Assembly: GCA_964633425.1 (NCBI GenBank)
Contig: CAZWFX010000003.1
Span: 32,357 to 96,356 of the forward strand
DNA length: 64,000 bases
Direction of reading: 5' to 3'
Source of the DNA: an uncultured Candidatus Saccharibacteria bacterium
GTDB taxonomy: Bacteria > Patescibacteriota > Minisyncoccia > Phycocordibacterales > UBA2100
Shown: positions 6,513 through 15,328 of the stretch, in pieces
Position numbering within the stretch: the first letter of the stretch is position 1
Layout of the letters: each line of letters opens with the position of its first letter
The notes under the pieces: generated by a model
What the model saw: only the letters and a program-made list of their open reading frames with translations
What the model was told of the DNA's origin: nothing
Database searches by the model: none
Made by a program: the position numbers and the translations under genes

Positions 6513-6518
6513 TAAGAT
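6513..6518 (+). promoter_or_regulatory. -10-like hexamer placed for a leaderless TfoX-like mRNA
   Basis: TAAGAT, then 6 nt, then ATG (6525). No SD is present. Confidence 0.4.
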
Positions 6519-6524
6519 GTACCG

Positions 6525-6875
6525 ATGGCAACGCAGCCCGAAACAATGGAATTTATTTTGGAAAAACTTGGCGACAACAAAGTCTTTACGTCGCGACGTA
6601 TGTTCGGTGAATATGCACTGTACGCGAATACGAAGCCGGTCGCATTTGTCTGCGACGATCTGCTGTACGTAAAGATTCTGCCGGAAAGCGCCGCACTAGA
6701 GGATGTGTGCGAAAAGGGCCACGCATACCCGGGCTCAAAGCTCTATTACATTGTGGAGGAATCGCAGCTCTCCTCGCTTGAGGACTTGCCGCAGCTCTTG
6801 ATCGACATGGCAAAATCTATCCCGGCAAAGAAAAAGAAAGCCAAAAAGACTGCGCATACACGTTCGACTAAATAA
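6525..6875 (+). CDS. TfoX N-terminal domain protein with Lys-rich tail
   Basis: RRMFGEYALYANTKPVAFVCDDLLYVKI matches the TfoX_N pattern (MFG.Y.LY..g..fa.i.dd.LYlK). Confidence 0.65.
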   Translation: MATQPETMEFILEKLGDNKVFTSRRMFGEYALYANTKPVAFVCDDLLYVKILPESAALEDVCEKGHAYPGSKLYYIVEESQLSSLEDLPQLLIDMAKSIPAKKKKAKKTAHTRSTK

Positions 6876-6898
6876 GCGCGTCCGTGTACAATCGCGAC

Positions 6899-7012
6899 AT
6901 GGGACGAATTTCACCGATCGCGCCGCGAAAGTCGAAGTCTCGCAAGACCGCTAAGCGTCTTGCGAAAAAGGCTGACATGCTCAAGGCCCGCGCAACAAAA
7001 AAGCGCGCATAG
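6899..7012 (+). CDS. possible small basic protein (37 aa)
   Basis: MGRISPIAPRKSKSRKTAKRLAKKADMLKARATKKRA, followed by a hairpin and T-run (about 7021-7046). It is below the ORF-track size cut-off and no homology is recognised. Confidence 0.3.
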   Translation: MGRISPIAPRKSKSRKTAKRLAKKADMLKARATKKRA

Positions 7013-7077
7013 ATCACAAAAGCTCCGGTAACCCCGGGGCTTTTGACTTATAAGCACGGAAGTTCATACTTTTGGGC

Positions 7078-7809
7078 ATGAGGCATACCTTCGTCGTGGC
7101 AGCCGGGATCCTTGCTGTCTGTGTCGGCGTAGTTCTCTTTACGCACTACGATAAAGCGGGCATGGACCGGATCAGCGAGGATTCCGGAATGTATTCGTAT
7201 ACCTGCTCAAATGGCGCCGAGCTCAGCATGACTCCGTCGGAGGGTATGTCATCCGTACATGTGGTGCCGGGTGCCGGTGCGTCGTTTCCGGAAACGTCAT
7301 TAGCACAGAAAGATGTGCAGACGTACGGAACGGGCGACATGACGCTTGTGGGGTCCGGTGAACACATTCGTGTAATCAGCGCCGGCACGACGTACGAATG
7401 CGATCCTGTGCCGAGTCAGACTGATGCGCCGTTCAATTGGGGCGATCCGTCCGAGGGTGCGGCTGTCTCGCACGAAAGTGCCGAGACTGTACGTGCGAAC
7501 ATCGTGGGGACGTGGCGCAGCGTCGAAGACCCCTTGTCGGTCAGAGAGTTTTTAAGTAGTGGTTCAGTCATCGATACATATGATGACGGGGAGCCATATC
7601 GGCAGGGGTGGTCCGTCTTTACGAAGGACGATGCGCCTGCGGCAGTGCTCGGGTTTACTCCGGAGGCGGGACGGGTGTATATCAGCATGCGTGAAGGCGG
7701 CGACGCAGTTCCCGGAATGTTTTTTAGCGTCGACAATCTTACTGCGGATACGCTCGAGATGACGTACATGGACCGCGGCAGCGCGCTTACATACAAACGC
7801 GTTCAGTAA
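7078..7809 (+). CDS. membrane-anchored protein with MliC-like N-domain and C-terminal beta-rich domain
   Basis: N-terminal TM segment. YTCSNGAELSMTP...SVHVVPG...Y..GDMTLVGSGEHIRV..AG..YEC resembles the MliC/C-type lysozyme inhibitor fold pattern and is paralogous to 11163-11540. Confidence 0.5.
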   Translation: MRHTFVVAAGILAVCVGVVLFTHYDKAGMDRISEDSGMYSYTCSNGAELSMTPSEGMSSVHVVPGAGASFPETSLAQKDVQTYGTGDMTLVGSGEHIRVISAGTTYECDPVPSQTDAPFNWGDPSEGAAVSHESAETVRANIVGTWRSVEDPLSVREFLSSGSVIDTYDDGEPYRQGWSVFTKDDAPAAVLGFTPEAGRVYISMREGGDAVPGMFFSVDNLTADTLEMTYMDRGSALTYKRVQ

Positions 7810-7839
7810 AACTTAACAATTACGCGCTACAATCGCTTC

Positions 7840-8766
7840 ATGCAAAAAATAACACCCGCGCTGTGGTTCGATAAAAACTGCGAAGAGGCGGTCAATTTTT
7901 ATACGAGCGCATTTCCGAATTCATCGATCAAATCGATCAAACGGTACCCCGAAGGCATGAGCGAAGAGCCGATGCAGGGGATGGGCGGGAAAGTCCTCAC
8001 CGCTGTCTTTGAACTCGACGGGCTTACGTTTCAGGCGCTCGACGGCGGACCGTATTTCAAGCTGAACCCGGCGGTTTCTTTTATGGTGAACTTCGATCCG
8101 TCTCAAAATCCCAATGCATCCGCGGATCTGGATGCGCTCTGGTCCAAGCTCTCCGAAGGCGCGACGGTTCGAATGCCAAAGCAGGAATACCCGTTCAGTA
8201 AGATGTACGGCTGGGTAGAGGACCGATTCGGTGTGAATTGGCAGCTCATTCTTACGAATCCCGACGGCGAGCCGCGCCCGCACATTATTCCGTCGCTCAT
8301 GTTCACCAAGGATGTCAGCGGGAAGGCAGAGGAGGCCGCTGCGTTTTACATATCACTCTTCACCAACTCGCGCATGGGCATGGTTTCCGCGTACCCCGAA
8401 GGCGTGCCGGGTGGCGTGCCGGGAGGCGTAATGTTCGAGGACTTTATGCTCGACGGGCAATGGTTTGCCGCAATGGATGCGGGACAGGAGCATGATTTTC
8501 GGTTCAATGAAGCGGTATCGTTTTCTGTTGAAACTGCAGACCAGGAAGAAACAGATTTCTTTTTCAAGAGTTTGAGTGCCGTGCCCGAAAGCGAACAGTG
8601 CGGTTGGTTAAAGGATAAGTACGGCGTCTCGTGGCAGATCGTGCCGAAGCGAATGGCGGAACTGCTCTCATCGCCCGATCAGGAAAAGTCGAACAAGGCG
8701 CTCAGTGCGATGCTGAAGATGAAAAAGATCGATATTGCGGGTCTTGAAGTCGCCTACAATTCCTAA
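7840..8766 (+). CDS. VOC-superfamily protein, two 3-demethylubiquinone-9 3-methyltransferase-like (PhnB-like) domains
   Basis: KITPALWFDKNCEEAVNFYTSAFPNS... and CGWLKDKYGVSWQIVPKRMAELL...MLKMKKIDIAGLEVAY are typical of this domain family. Confidence 0.8.
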   Translation: MQKITPALWFDKNCEEAVNFYTSAFPNSSIKSIKRYPEGMSEEPMQGMGGKVLTAVFELDGLTFQALDGGPYFKLNPAVSFMVNFDPSQNPNASADLDALWSKLSEGATVRMPKQEYPFSKMYGWVEDRFGVNWQLILTNPDGEPRPHIIPSLMFTKDVSGKAEEAAAFYISLFTNSRMGMVSAYPEGVPGGVPGGVMFEDFMLDGQWFAAMDAGQEHDFRFNEAVSFSVETADQEETDFFFKSLSAVPESEQCGWLKDKYGVSWQIVPKRMAELLSSPDQEKSNKALSAMLKMKKIDIAGLEVAYNS

Positions 8767-8771
8767 GCGCC

Positions 8772-9656
8772 TCAGTCGTTGAACGAAATGAGGTACGTAT
8801 CGATCAGGCGCTGATCGAGGTCATAGAACGTCTTGCCTTCCGCGTGCAGTCGGGTTGCAAGTTCGACGCCTACATACCGCCAATGCCACGGTTCGAAAAT
8901 AAAGTGACCGTTTCCTTTCGGATACGAGAGTATGAATCCGTATTCGTGCGCGTGTTCCTTGAGCCATGTGAATCCTTGCGTCTTATCGAATCCCGTGAGT
9001 CCGGCTTTCAGCTCCGGCATTGTAAAGTCGAGCGTGGTGCCGAGCTGGTGTTCGGAATATCCTTGGTCTGCGGAGAATGAATTCGCAGTGCCTGCACCGT
9101 AGGTAACTTTATAGACTTCCTTGAGTGCCGCCTGTGTATCAAAGGATCTGTAGGCAGAAAGGGCAAGCAGGTGTACGCCGCTCGAGCTTGCCGCATTGAA
9201 GAGATCGTTAAGGTGTTTCGATGCCGAGGTAAGGAAATACTCCTGCTTATCCGGCCGTGCAAGATGCTGCGGGGGTATGGGCGCAACCTGCGCCGGTACG
9301 TAATTTTCATTCAAAAAGTACACCGACGAATATTTTGCGAGCAGCTGCTTGTCGGTTTTGCTGAGCTTATCCAGGATGCCGACAGTTCCCGCGATCGATT
9401 CAACCTGGGCTCCGAGCGCCGCTTTTTCCGCTTCGCGCTGCTCGAGTAAATGCTTCAGATCGTCGGCGAGTGTGTCGGAATTGATCAGGTCCTTGGTCAG
9501 CTGATCCGACTGCTCGGTGAGTCGGGCAGATAATTCTCTCTCTGATGTATATGCGGTCTGCAGCTTGTTGTATTCATTGACCCCAAAGACCAATGCACAT
9601 GCAAGCACGAGGGATAGGACCGAAGCGACCGTGGTGGGTGACAGAAGGGTCTTCAT
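8772..9656 (-). CDS. D-alanyl-D-alanine carboxypeptidase, peptidase M15B (VanY-like), membrane-anchored
   Basis: LSAYRSFDTQ, SEHQLGTTLDF and EPWHWRYVG motifs, plus an N-terminal TM segment. Confidence 0.8.
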   Translation of the reverse strand: MKTLLSPTTVASVLSLVLACALVFGVNEYNKLQTAYTSERELSARLTEQSDQLTKDLINSDTLADDLKHLLEQREAEKAALGAQVESIAGTVGILDKLSKTDKQLLAKYSSVYFLNENYVPAQVAPIPPQHLARPDKQEYFLTSASKHLNDLFNAASSSGVHLLALSAYRSFDTQAALKEVYKVTYGAGTANSFSADQGYSEHQLGTTLDFTMPELKAGLTGFDKTQGFTWLKEHAHEYGFILSYPKGNGHFIFEPWHWRYVGVELATRLHAEGKTFYDLDQRLIDTYLISFND

Positions 9657-9712
9657 CGACGCGATTGTAGCATGCGTCGATATACGGGCACTTTTGCTAT
9701 ATAGTGACCCGG

Positions 9713-10597
9713 ATGACGACGCACATCACTGATTGGCAGGTACTCCTGTTCTATAAGTACGTACCGGTAGCAAATCCGCAGGAATTTGCCGATGCTTTTC
9801 GTGTTGGCGCGGCCGAGCTCGCGCTCACCGGGCGCGCGATTGTGGCAGAGGAAGGATTGAATGCAACCGTAGAGGGCAGTATCGAGGCAACGGAATCATT
9901 TGCTGCATGGATACTGTCCGATCCGCGGTTCGCCGACATGCAAATCAAACGCTCCAAGGGAACGGGTGAGAGCTTCCCGCGCTTGTCGGTAAAGGTTCGC
10001 GCAGAAATCGTCGGTACCGGCTTTAGTCGTGAAGAAGCGGATCCGTACGTTAAAACCGCACCTCGTCTGACTCCGGAAGAACTGAAAGCGTGGTACGAAG
10101 AGGCTCGCGATTTCACCGTGATCGACATGCGTAACAACTACGAGTTCGCTTCCGGTCATTTTAAGAATGCCGTCCAGCCCGATATCTCCGCGTCGCGTCA
10201 TTTACCGCTCGCAATGGAGAAACTGAATCCGCTCAAAGACAAACCTGTCGTTACTGTTTGCACGGGCGGGGTCCGCTGCGAAAAAATGGCCGCATATCTT
10301 TTGAGTCGTGGCTTTACCGATGTGCATCAGCTCGACGGCGGTATTCATTCGTATATGGAACAGTTCCCGGGCGAAGACTTTGAAGGAACGCTGTACACCT
10401 TTGATAAGCGCCTCACGATGGATTTCGGCGGGGATCGCTCCGTGATCGGTCGTTGCCGTCTCTGCAACGAATCGACCGAGCGGTATGTTGATTGTGCCGA
10501 AGACACGTGCCACTACCATTTTCTGGCGTGCGCGAATTGTACCGACGAGCGCGGTCGGGCGTTTTGCAGTGATGAGTGCCGTATGGCCCGCGTATGA
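9713..10597 (+). CDS. trhO: rhodanese-domain tRNA uridine(34) hydroxylase (UPF0176/YceA family)
   Basis: LLFYKYVPV..., VCTGGVRCEKMAAYL and a C-terminal Cys cluster. A GTG at 9704 is an alternative start. Confidence 0.8.
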   Translation: MTTHITDWQVLLFYKYVPVANPQEFADAFRVGAAELALTGRAIVAEEGLNATVEGSIEATESFAAWILSDPRFADMQIKRSKGTGESFPRLSVKVRAEIVGTGFSREEADPYVKTAPRLTPEELKAWYEEARDFTVIDMRNNYEFASGHFKNAVQPDISASRHLPLAMEKLNPLKDKPVVTVCTGGVRCEKMAAYLLSRGFTDVHQLDGGIHSYMEQFPGEDFEGTLYTFDKRLTMDFGGDRSVIGRCRLCNESTERYVDCAEDTCHYHFLACANCTDERGRAFCSDECRMARV

Positions 10598-11166
10598 ACA
10601 TAAAGCAGGCAGAATTCATGCGCGGTATCCGCGGTACCGACGAGCTGTTGCAGGACGGAACACCGCAGTTCGCTTTCATCGGACGATCCAATGTGGGTAA
10701 GTCCAGTCTCTTGAACGCGCTTTCGGAACGGAAGCAGCTTGCGCGCGTCGGCAAGAAGCCGGGGAAGACGACGGAGATCAATATCTACCGCATAAATAAC
10801 GACCGGTACTTTATGGACTTGCCGGGGTACGGTTACGCGGAAGCAACGCCTGCCGAGCGCGAAAAGCTTCGCAAGCTCATCATTTGGTATTTCACATCCG
10901 ACGAAGCGCGCCCGGTCTTGACCGTACTCATACTCGAAGCAAAAGCGGGACTGACGCGCTTCGACGAGGAGATGTTGCGTGTACTCCGTGAGCGCAAACT
11001 GTCGTATGTGATTGTGCTCAACAAAGTCGATAAGCTTTCTCAGAAAGAGCTCACGGAGAAAGTGCGCGATATCAAAGAACGATCTCTCGAAGCCGAGATC
11101 ATACAGACATCTACCGAGACAGGTAAGGGTGTAAGCGCGCTTCGCGACCGCATACTTTCACTATGA
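10594..11166 (+). CDS. engB: ribosome biogenesis GTPase YihA/YsxC
   Basis: FIGRSNVGKSSLLNAL, DLPGYGYA and NKVDK motifs. ATGA start/stop overlap with trhO. Confidence 0.85.
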   Translation: MNIKQAEFMRGIRGTDELLQDGTPQFAFIGRSNVGKSSLLNALSERKQLARVGKKPGKTTEINIYRINNDRYFMDLPGYGYAEATPAEREKLRKLIIWYFTSDEARPVLTVLILEAKAGLTRFDEEMLRVLRERKLSYVIVLNKVDKLSQKELTEKVRDIKERSLEAEIIQTSTETGKGVSALRDRILSL

Positions 11167-11540
11167 ACAAGCGCGTGCTGCTGAGCACGATTGCGGTAGC
11201 GCTCGTGCTCGGCGTTTCACTCGGATACTACCGTGGCGTACCGAACGACTTTGTGGAAGCTCCCGATACGTCGGTCGACTACGGATACCGATGCGGCGAC
11301 GGGTCGGAGTTCACCATTGTTCCCGGGGACGATATGGCATCGCTGATGATCGTGCCGGCCACGAGTGCGGATTACGTACCGCAGACAGTGCTGAATCGTA
11401 TAGCGACCGACGTGTTCCAGGGTGACGGTGTTACATTTACTGCACATGATGTTTCTGCGGAGCTCGGTACGGCCGAGCACGGAACAACAACTTGTGTATC
11501 GATGAATCCGCCGGAGTCCACACTCTTTCATCATCAATAA
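11163..11540 (+). CDS. MliC-like domain protein, membrane-anchored
   Basis: YGYRCGDGSEFTIVPGDDMASLMIVP....FQGDGVTFTAHD......TTC. ATGA overlap with engB. Paralog of the N-domain of 7078-7809. Confidence 0.5.
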   Translation: MNKRVLLSTIAVALVLGVSLGYYRGVPNDFVEAPDTSVDYGYRCGDGSEFTIVPGDDMASLMIVPATSADYVPQTVLNRIATDVFQGDGVTFTAHDVSAELGTAEHGTTTCVSMNPPESTLFHHQ

Positions 11541-11559
11541 GCGCCGCTATGAACTCGCT

Positions 11560-12018
11560 ATGAACTATTGGCTCATAAAATCAGAACCCGGCTCATACTC
11601 CATCGATGATCTGAAACGCGATAAAAAAACCGCGTGGGAAGGCGTGCGAAATTATCAGGCGCGGAATCATATGCGTGCCATGAAGAAGGGAGATTTGGTG
11701 CTGTTTTATCACTCATCAACGGATCCCGCCGGTGTCGCAGGTATCGCAACGGTCGCTCACGAAGTGCACGCGGACATGAGTCAGTTCGTGCCCGGCGATT
11801 ATTTCGAGCCGAAGGCAACGAAAGAACGGCCGGTATGGGAGTGCGTTGACGTCGCCTTTGTCGCAAAAGCGAAGCGATTTGTAGCGCTTGACGAGCTTCG
11901 CAGCGAATCAAAGCTCCGGGGTATGGTGCTGTTACAACGCGGGTCTCGCCTTTCGGTACAGCCGGCCACTCCGGGTGAGTTTGCCCACATACGGTCTCTG
12001 TTAGAGAACGCGAAGTGA
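11560..12018 (+). CDS. EVE (PUA-like) domain protein
   Basis: MNYWLIKSEPGSYSIDDL...WEGVRNYQARNHMRAMKKGDLVLFYHS is the canonical EVE/DUF55 N-terminus. Confidence 0.85.
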   Translation: MNYWLIKSEPGSYSIDDLKRDKKTAWEGVRNYQARNHMRAMKKGDLVLFYHSSTDPAGVAGIATVAHEVHADMSQFVPGDYFEPKATKERPVWECVDVAFVAKAKRFVALDELRSESKLRGMVLLQRGSRLSVQPATPGEFAHIRSLLENAK

Positions 12019-12040
12019 ATTTGAGCGATATACTGTTCGC

Positions 12041-13321
12041 ATGAAGCTCCACACGCCGGTTTTGGTCGTGTTCGCACTTGTCGTATCAGTGTGGTTCGTT
12101 TCCGGGCCGCTCACATTCGTTACCCGACCGGATACGATGACTGCAAATAACGCCGCGGTGGTCGCCACATCGGTGACGGTAACGATTCCGAAAGGTGGCG
12201 CAAAACAGGTGACACTTTCAAAAGACAGATTGCTCGCACTTGCCGACACGCTGTATCAGGACGGTCAGGTGCCGCTTGGCGACTACCGCTATTCGACGAC
12301 TGTTGCAAAGCGGGGATCGGTGTATTTGTGCAACGCCCGCAAGGACAATCCCGGCTCATCGGTGAATGGGCCGTGGATCAAGGGTGATACATGGAATTTC
12401 CTCGACAAGGTGAGTGTCTCCGGCAGTGTCTCGTGGAAGAACGCAAAGTTCACGAATGTTGTTTCCGGTAATACACGAACGCTCGCGGGTAACGCGTTGC
12501 CGATAAGTCATACGACCGGGACGTTCCCGGTATCGCGCTCCGACGCCGCTGCGGCGTATGATCCGAATCCGAATACGGTCGCGGCACAGACGATTTTGCA
12601 GAAACTGCCTGCAAATCCCATATATTCCGAAACGCCGTACTGCATGGGCGGAGAGGTTGGCATCATGCTTACCGGTGTGCCGCTCTTTAATGCATTTGAT
12701 GCCGGGCTACGTGATGCGCCTGCCCACGAATTGCAGGATAGTTGCGATGGGCATCCGCAAGGAAGCGGCGAGTATCACTATCACAGCATGTCGTCGTGCT
12801 TCAAGGATGACGGTGTTGAAACGGTGCTCGGCTACGCATACGACGGCTTTCCGATCACGGGATCAAAGGTGGCGGATGGCAAGTTCCTTACGACGGACGA
12901 TTTGGATGAATGTCACGGGATTACGAGCGACGTGATTGTCGATGGAAAAAAGAAAACGACGTACCACTACGTCATGACGGTAGATTTCCCGTACTCCGCG
13001 AGTTGTTTCCGTGCGAAGCCCGTGACGACCGGTCCGAGCGCCGGGATGCCTCCGCAGGGCGGCGCACAGCAGAATGCACGGACGCAGGGTGTTCAGCAGG
13101 CGGGCGAAGCCGGAACAGTTACGTCGCAGTCGAGCCCGGCTTCCGATAGCGGTCTTCCTACACAGGGTGGTACACCCCCGCAGGAGGCGACCACCGCGTG
13201 TGCAAGTTCGTCGTTCAATGATGTGTGTTCATTCACGTCGCCGCGTGGCGACACTGTTTCGGGGGTCTGCGGAGCGCCCCCGGGGGCCACGAAGCTCGCG
13301 TGTGTTCCGGCTCGACGGTAA
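12041..13321 (+). CDS. secreted YHYH-domain protein with low-complexity C-terminus
   Basis: N-terminal TM/signal segment, GSGEYHYHSM motif and a C-terminal Gly/Pro/Gln/Thr-rich tail. Confidence 0.7.
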   Translation: MKLHTPVLVVFALVVSVWFVSGPLTFVTRPDTMTANNAAVVATSVTVTIPKGGAKQVTLSKDRLLALADTLYQDGQVPLGDYRYSTTVAKRGSVYLCNARKDNPGSSVNGPWIKGDTWNFLDKVSVSGSVSWKNAKFTNVVSGNTRTLAGNALPISHTTGTFPVSRSDAAAAYDPNPNTVAAQTILQKLPANPIYSETPYCMGGEVGIMLTGVPLFNAFDAGLRDAPAHELQDSCDGHPQGSGEYHYHSMSSCFKDDGVETVLGYAYDGFPITGSKVADGKFLTTDDLDECHGITSDVIVDGKKKTTYHYVMTVDFPYSASCFRAKPVTTGPSAGMPPQGGAQQNARTQGVQQAGEAGTVTSQSSPASDSGLPTQGGTPPQEATTACASSSFNDVCSFTSPRGDTVSGVCGAPPGATKLACVPARR

Positions 13322-13374
13322 ACGTACTGTATTGACGCAGACATCTTTCTGTGGCAGAATTGGTCCCTGTCACT

Positions 13375-13527
13375 ATGACGAAGAATTTCCTTCAGGACGG
13401 TAAGTGGATTGAGAAGCCGACAGCGGTGGCCGTCGTCATGTGTAAATGTGGCGGTAAATACATCAAAACACGACCCAAACAGACGGCATGCCTCCAGTGC
13501 ATGAAGTCATTCGCACTCAACGCATAG
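13375..13527 (+). CDS. small zinc-ribbon-like protein (50 aa)
   Basis: MTKNFLQDGKWIEKPTAVAVVMCKCGGKYIKTRPKQTACLQCMKSFALNA carries a CxC...CxxC pattern and is followed directly by a hairpin. It is below the ORF-track cut-off. Confidence 0.45.
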   Translation: MTKNFLQDGKWIEKPTAVAVVMCKCGGKYIKTRPKQTACLQCMKSFALNA

Positions 13528-13531
13528 ATTA

Positions 13532-13553
13532 AACCGCCCTCTACAGGGCGGTT
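13532..13553 (+). terminator. hairpin / weak terminator
   Basis: AACCGCCCT-CTAC-AGGGCGGTT is a perfect 9-bp stem, but the U-tract is weak. Confidence 0.45.
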
Positions 13554-13582
13554 CTCCGTTTACGCGTGGTACCGTACGATGC

Positions 13583-13852
13583 ATGTACTTTGTCTACGTA
13601 CTCCGGTGCAAAGACGATTCGCTGTATACCGGGATCACGAACGACCTTGAGCGGCGGCTCCGCGCGCATAAAGCAGGAACTGCGAGCAGTTATACGCGCT
13701 CGCGTCGGGCGGATCGCTTTGTATATGTCGAACAAAAGCGAACCAAAGGCACCGCGCTCAAGCGGGAAGCGGCGATCAAAAAACTCACCAGGGTACAAAA
13801 GCTCACACTCATCCAAAACGCAAAAGTTGGTAAATCGCCAACTGTGCGGTAG
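13583..13852 (+). CDS. GIY-YIG nuclease superfamily protein (UPF0213/YhbQ-like)
   Basis: MYFVYVLRCKDDSLYTGITNDLERRLRAHKAG. Confidence 0.85.
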   Translation: MYFVYVLRCKDDSLYTGITNDLERRLRAHKAGTASSYTRSRRADRFVYVEQKRTKGTALKREAAIKKLTRVQKLTLIQNAKVGKSPTVR

Positions 13853-13861
13853 GTTCTGTGG

Positions 13862-15310
13862 ATGTCCGGTATCGAAACGGTCGTACGGTTCAATAGTGTT
13901 TCGTACGAATATAACGCCAAGAAGCGCATCCTCGACGAGGCCTCTTTTTCAATTAAGCGCGGGGCCAAGCTCACACTCATGGGTCAAAACGGAGCGGGTA
14001 AGAGCACGATTTTCGGTTTGATTACGAAGGCGATCATGCCCGAAGACGGCGATATCAATATTCCGCACGGACTTTCGATTGCGATTGCGCGTCAGGTGAT
14101 ACCACGAAAGGAACTCGACCTTTCGGTGCGTGATTTTTTTCAGGCCGTGTTTCCGAACAAAGTGTATGACATTGATCCCAAGATTGACGAAGTCCTCGAG
14201 ATCGTGAATCTCCACGCGCCGCATGATCGAATCGTTCGTTCGTTTTCCGGCGGTCAGCAGGCCCGACTCCTGCTTGCCTCTGCGCTCATTCAGAACCCCG
14301 ACGTGCTGCTGCTCGACGAACCCACAAACAATCTCGATAAAGAGGGTATAGCGCACCTGACCGTTTTTCTCCAAAAGTATCCGAAAACGTGCGTCGTCAT
14401 TTCCCACGATGCGGACTTTTTGAATTCATTCACGCAGGGCGTTCTGTACCTCGACGTTCGCACACAAAAGGTGGAGCAGTATGTGGGTGACTACAATGAC
14501 GTGCTTGATCAGATAAAGGCACGCATCGAGAAGGAGAACATGAAAAACGCGCAGCTCGCGAAGAAGATCCAGGCAAATAAGGATCAGGCCAACGTGTTTG
14601 CGCACAAGGGCGGCGGTATGCGCTTGGTCGCAAAGCGAATGCGTCAGGCAGCGGAAGATGCGGAGGAAGAGATGGTTGATGTCCGCCGGGAAGATAAAAC
14701 TATCAAGGCATTCACGATACCGTGCCCGGAGAACATGACGGGCGAGCTGGTGCGTATCGAGTCATTCAAGGCGATTCTTGACCACAAACCGAAGGTTAAA
14801 AAGAAGCTGATCACGCTGAAGAAAAATCAGCACCTGCTTTTGACGGGGCCCAATGGTATCGGCAAATCGACACTGCTCGAATCCATCGTTAATAAAGAGG
14901 ACGGCACGATCCTTGCCGAGGGTGCGCGGGTCGGCTATTACCGGCAAGACTTTTCAAACTTGGATTTTGATAAAACGGTCCACGAGGAACTGATGGCCGT
15001 GATGGAAAAGAAGTACGAAGAGACGCTACGCTCGGTCGCGGCTGGCTTTCTGCTGACAGGAGACATCATTTATACAAAAATCGGACATTTGTCCGAAGGC
15101 CAGAAAGGGCTTGTCGCGTTTGCGCGCCTTGTGTTGATGAAGCCGGCGATCCTTATCCTTGATGAACCGACAAATCATATTAACTTCCGCCACATTCCCG
15201 TGATCGGAAAGGCGCTCGACGAATACAAAGGGGCAATGATACTCGTCAGTCACGTTCCTGAATTTGTCTCAGGGGTCCGGATAGACGAAACACTCGACCT
15301 ATCAAAGTAG
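13862..15310 (+). CDS. ABC-F family ATPase (two ABC domains, no TM domain)
   Basis: GQNGAGKST / LSGGQQARLLLA and GPNGIGKST / LSEGQKGLVAFA motifs, with a charged linker between the domains. Confidence 0.85.
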   Translation: MSGIETVVRFNSVSYEYNAKKRILDEASFSIKRGAKLTLMGQNGAGKSTIFGLITKAIMPEDGDINIPHGLSIAIARQVIPRKELDLSVRDFFQAVFPNKVYDIDPKIDEVLEIVNLHAPHDRIVRSFSGGQQARLLLASALIQNPDVLLLDEPTNNLDKEGIAHLTVFLQKYPKTCVVISHDADFLNSFTQGVLYLDVRTQKVEQYVGDYNDVLDQIKARIEKENMKNAQLAKKIQANKDQANVFAHKGGGMRLVAKRMRQAAEDAEEEMVDVRREDKTIKAFTIPCPENMTGELVRIESFKAILDHKPKVKKKLITLKKNQHLLLTGPNGIGKSTLLESIVNKEDGTILAEGARVGYYRQDFSNLDFDKTVHEELMAVMEKKYEETLRSVAAGFLLTGDIIYTKIGHLSEGQKGLVAFARLVLMKPAILILDEPTNHINFRHIPVIGKALDEYKGAMILVSHVPEFVSGVRIDETLDLSK

Positions 15311-15328
15311 CGTGCTACGCTTTACGGT

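Noticed and set aside
11546-11566. Direct repeat GCTATGAACT-C-GCTATGAACT at the EVE gene start.
   Set aside because: It is a 10-nt duplication creating a 4-codon mini-ORF just before the real ATG. It is most simply a small slippage duplication, and I can support no functional inference.
11560-12018. EVE domain protein as part of a modification-dependent restriction system.
   Set aside because: It is a stand-alone 152-aa EVE domain with no fused or adjacent nuclease, methylase or helicase. The neighbours are an MliC-like protein and a secreted YHYH protein.
13583-15310. GIY-YIG nuclease + ABC ATPase pair as a defence module.
   Set aside because: The 89-aa GIY-YIG protein matches the ubiquitous stand-alone UPF0213/YhbQ type. 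The ATPase has the twin-domain and linker layout of ABC-F translation factors, not OLD/Gabija/PARIS-type ATPases. The adjacency is probably incidental.
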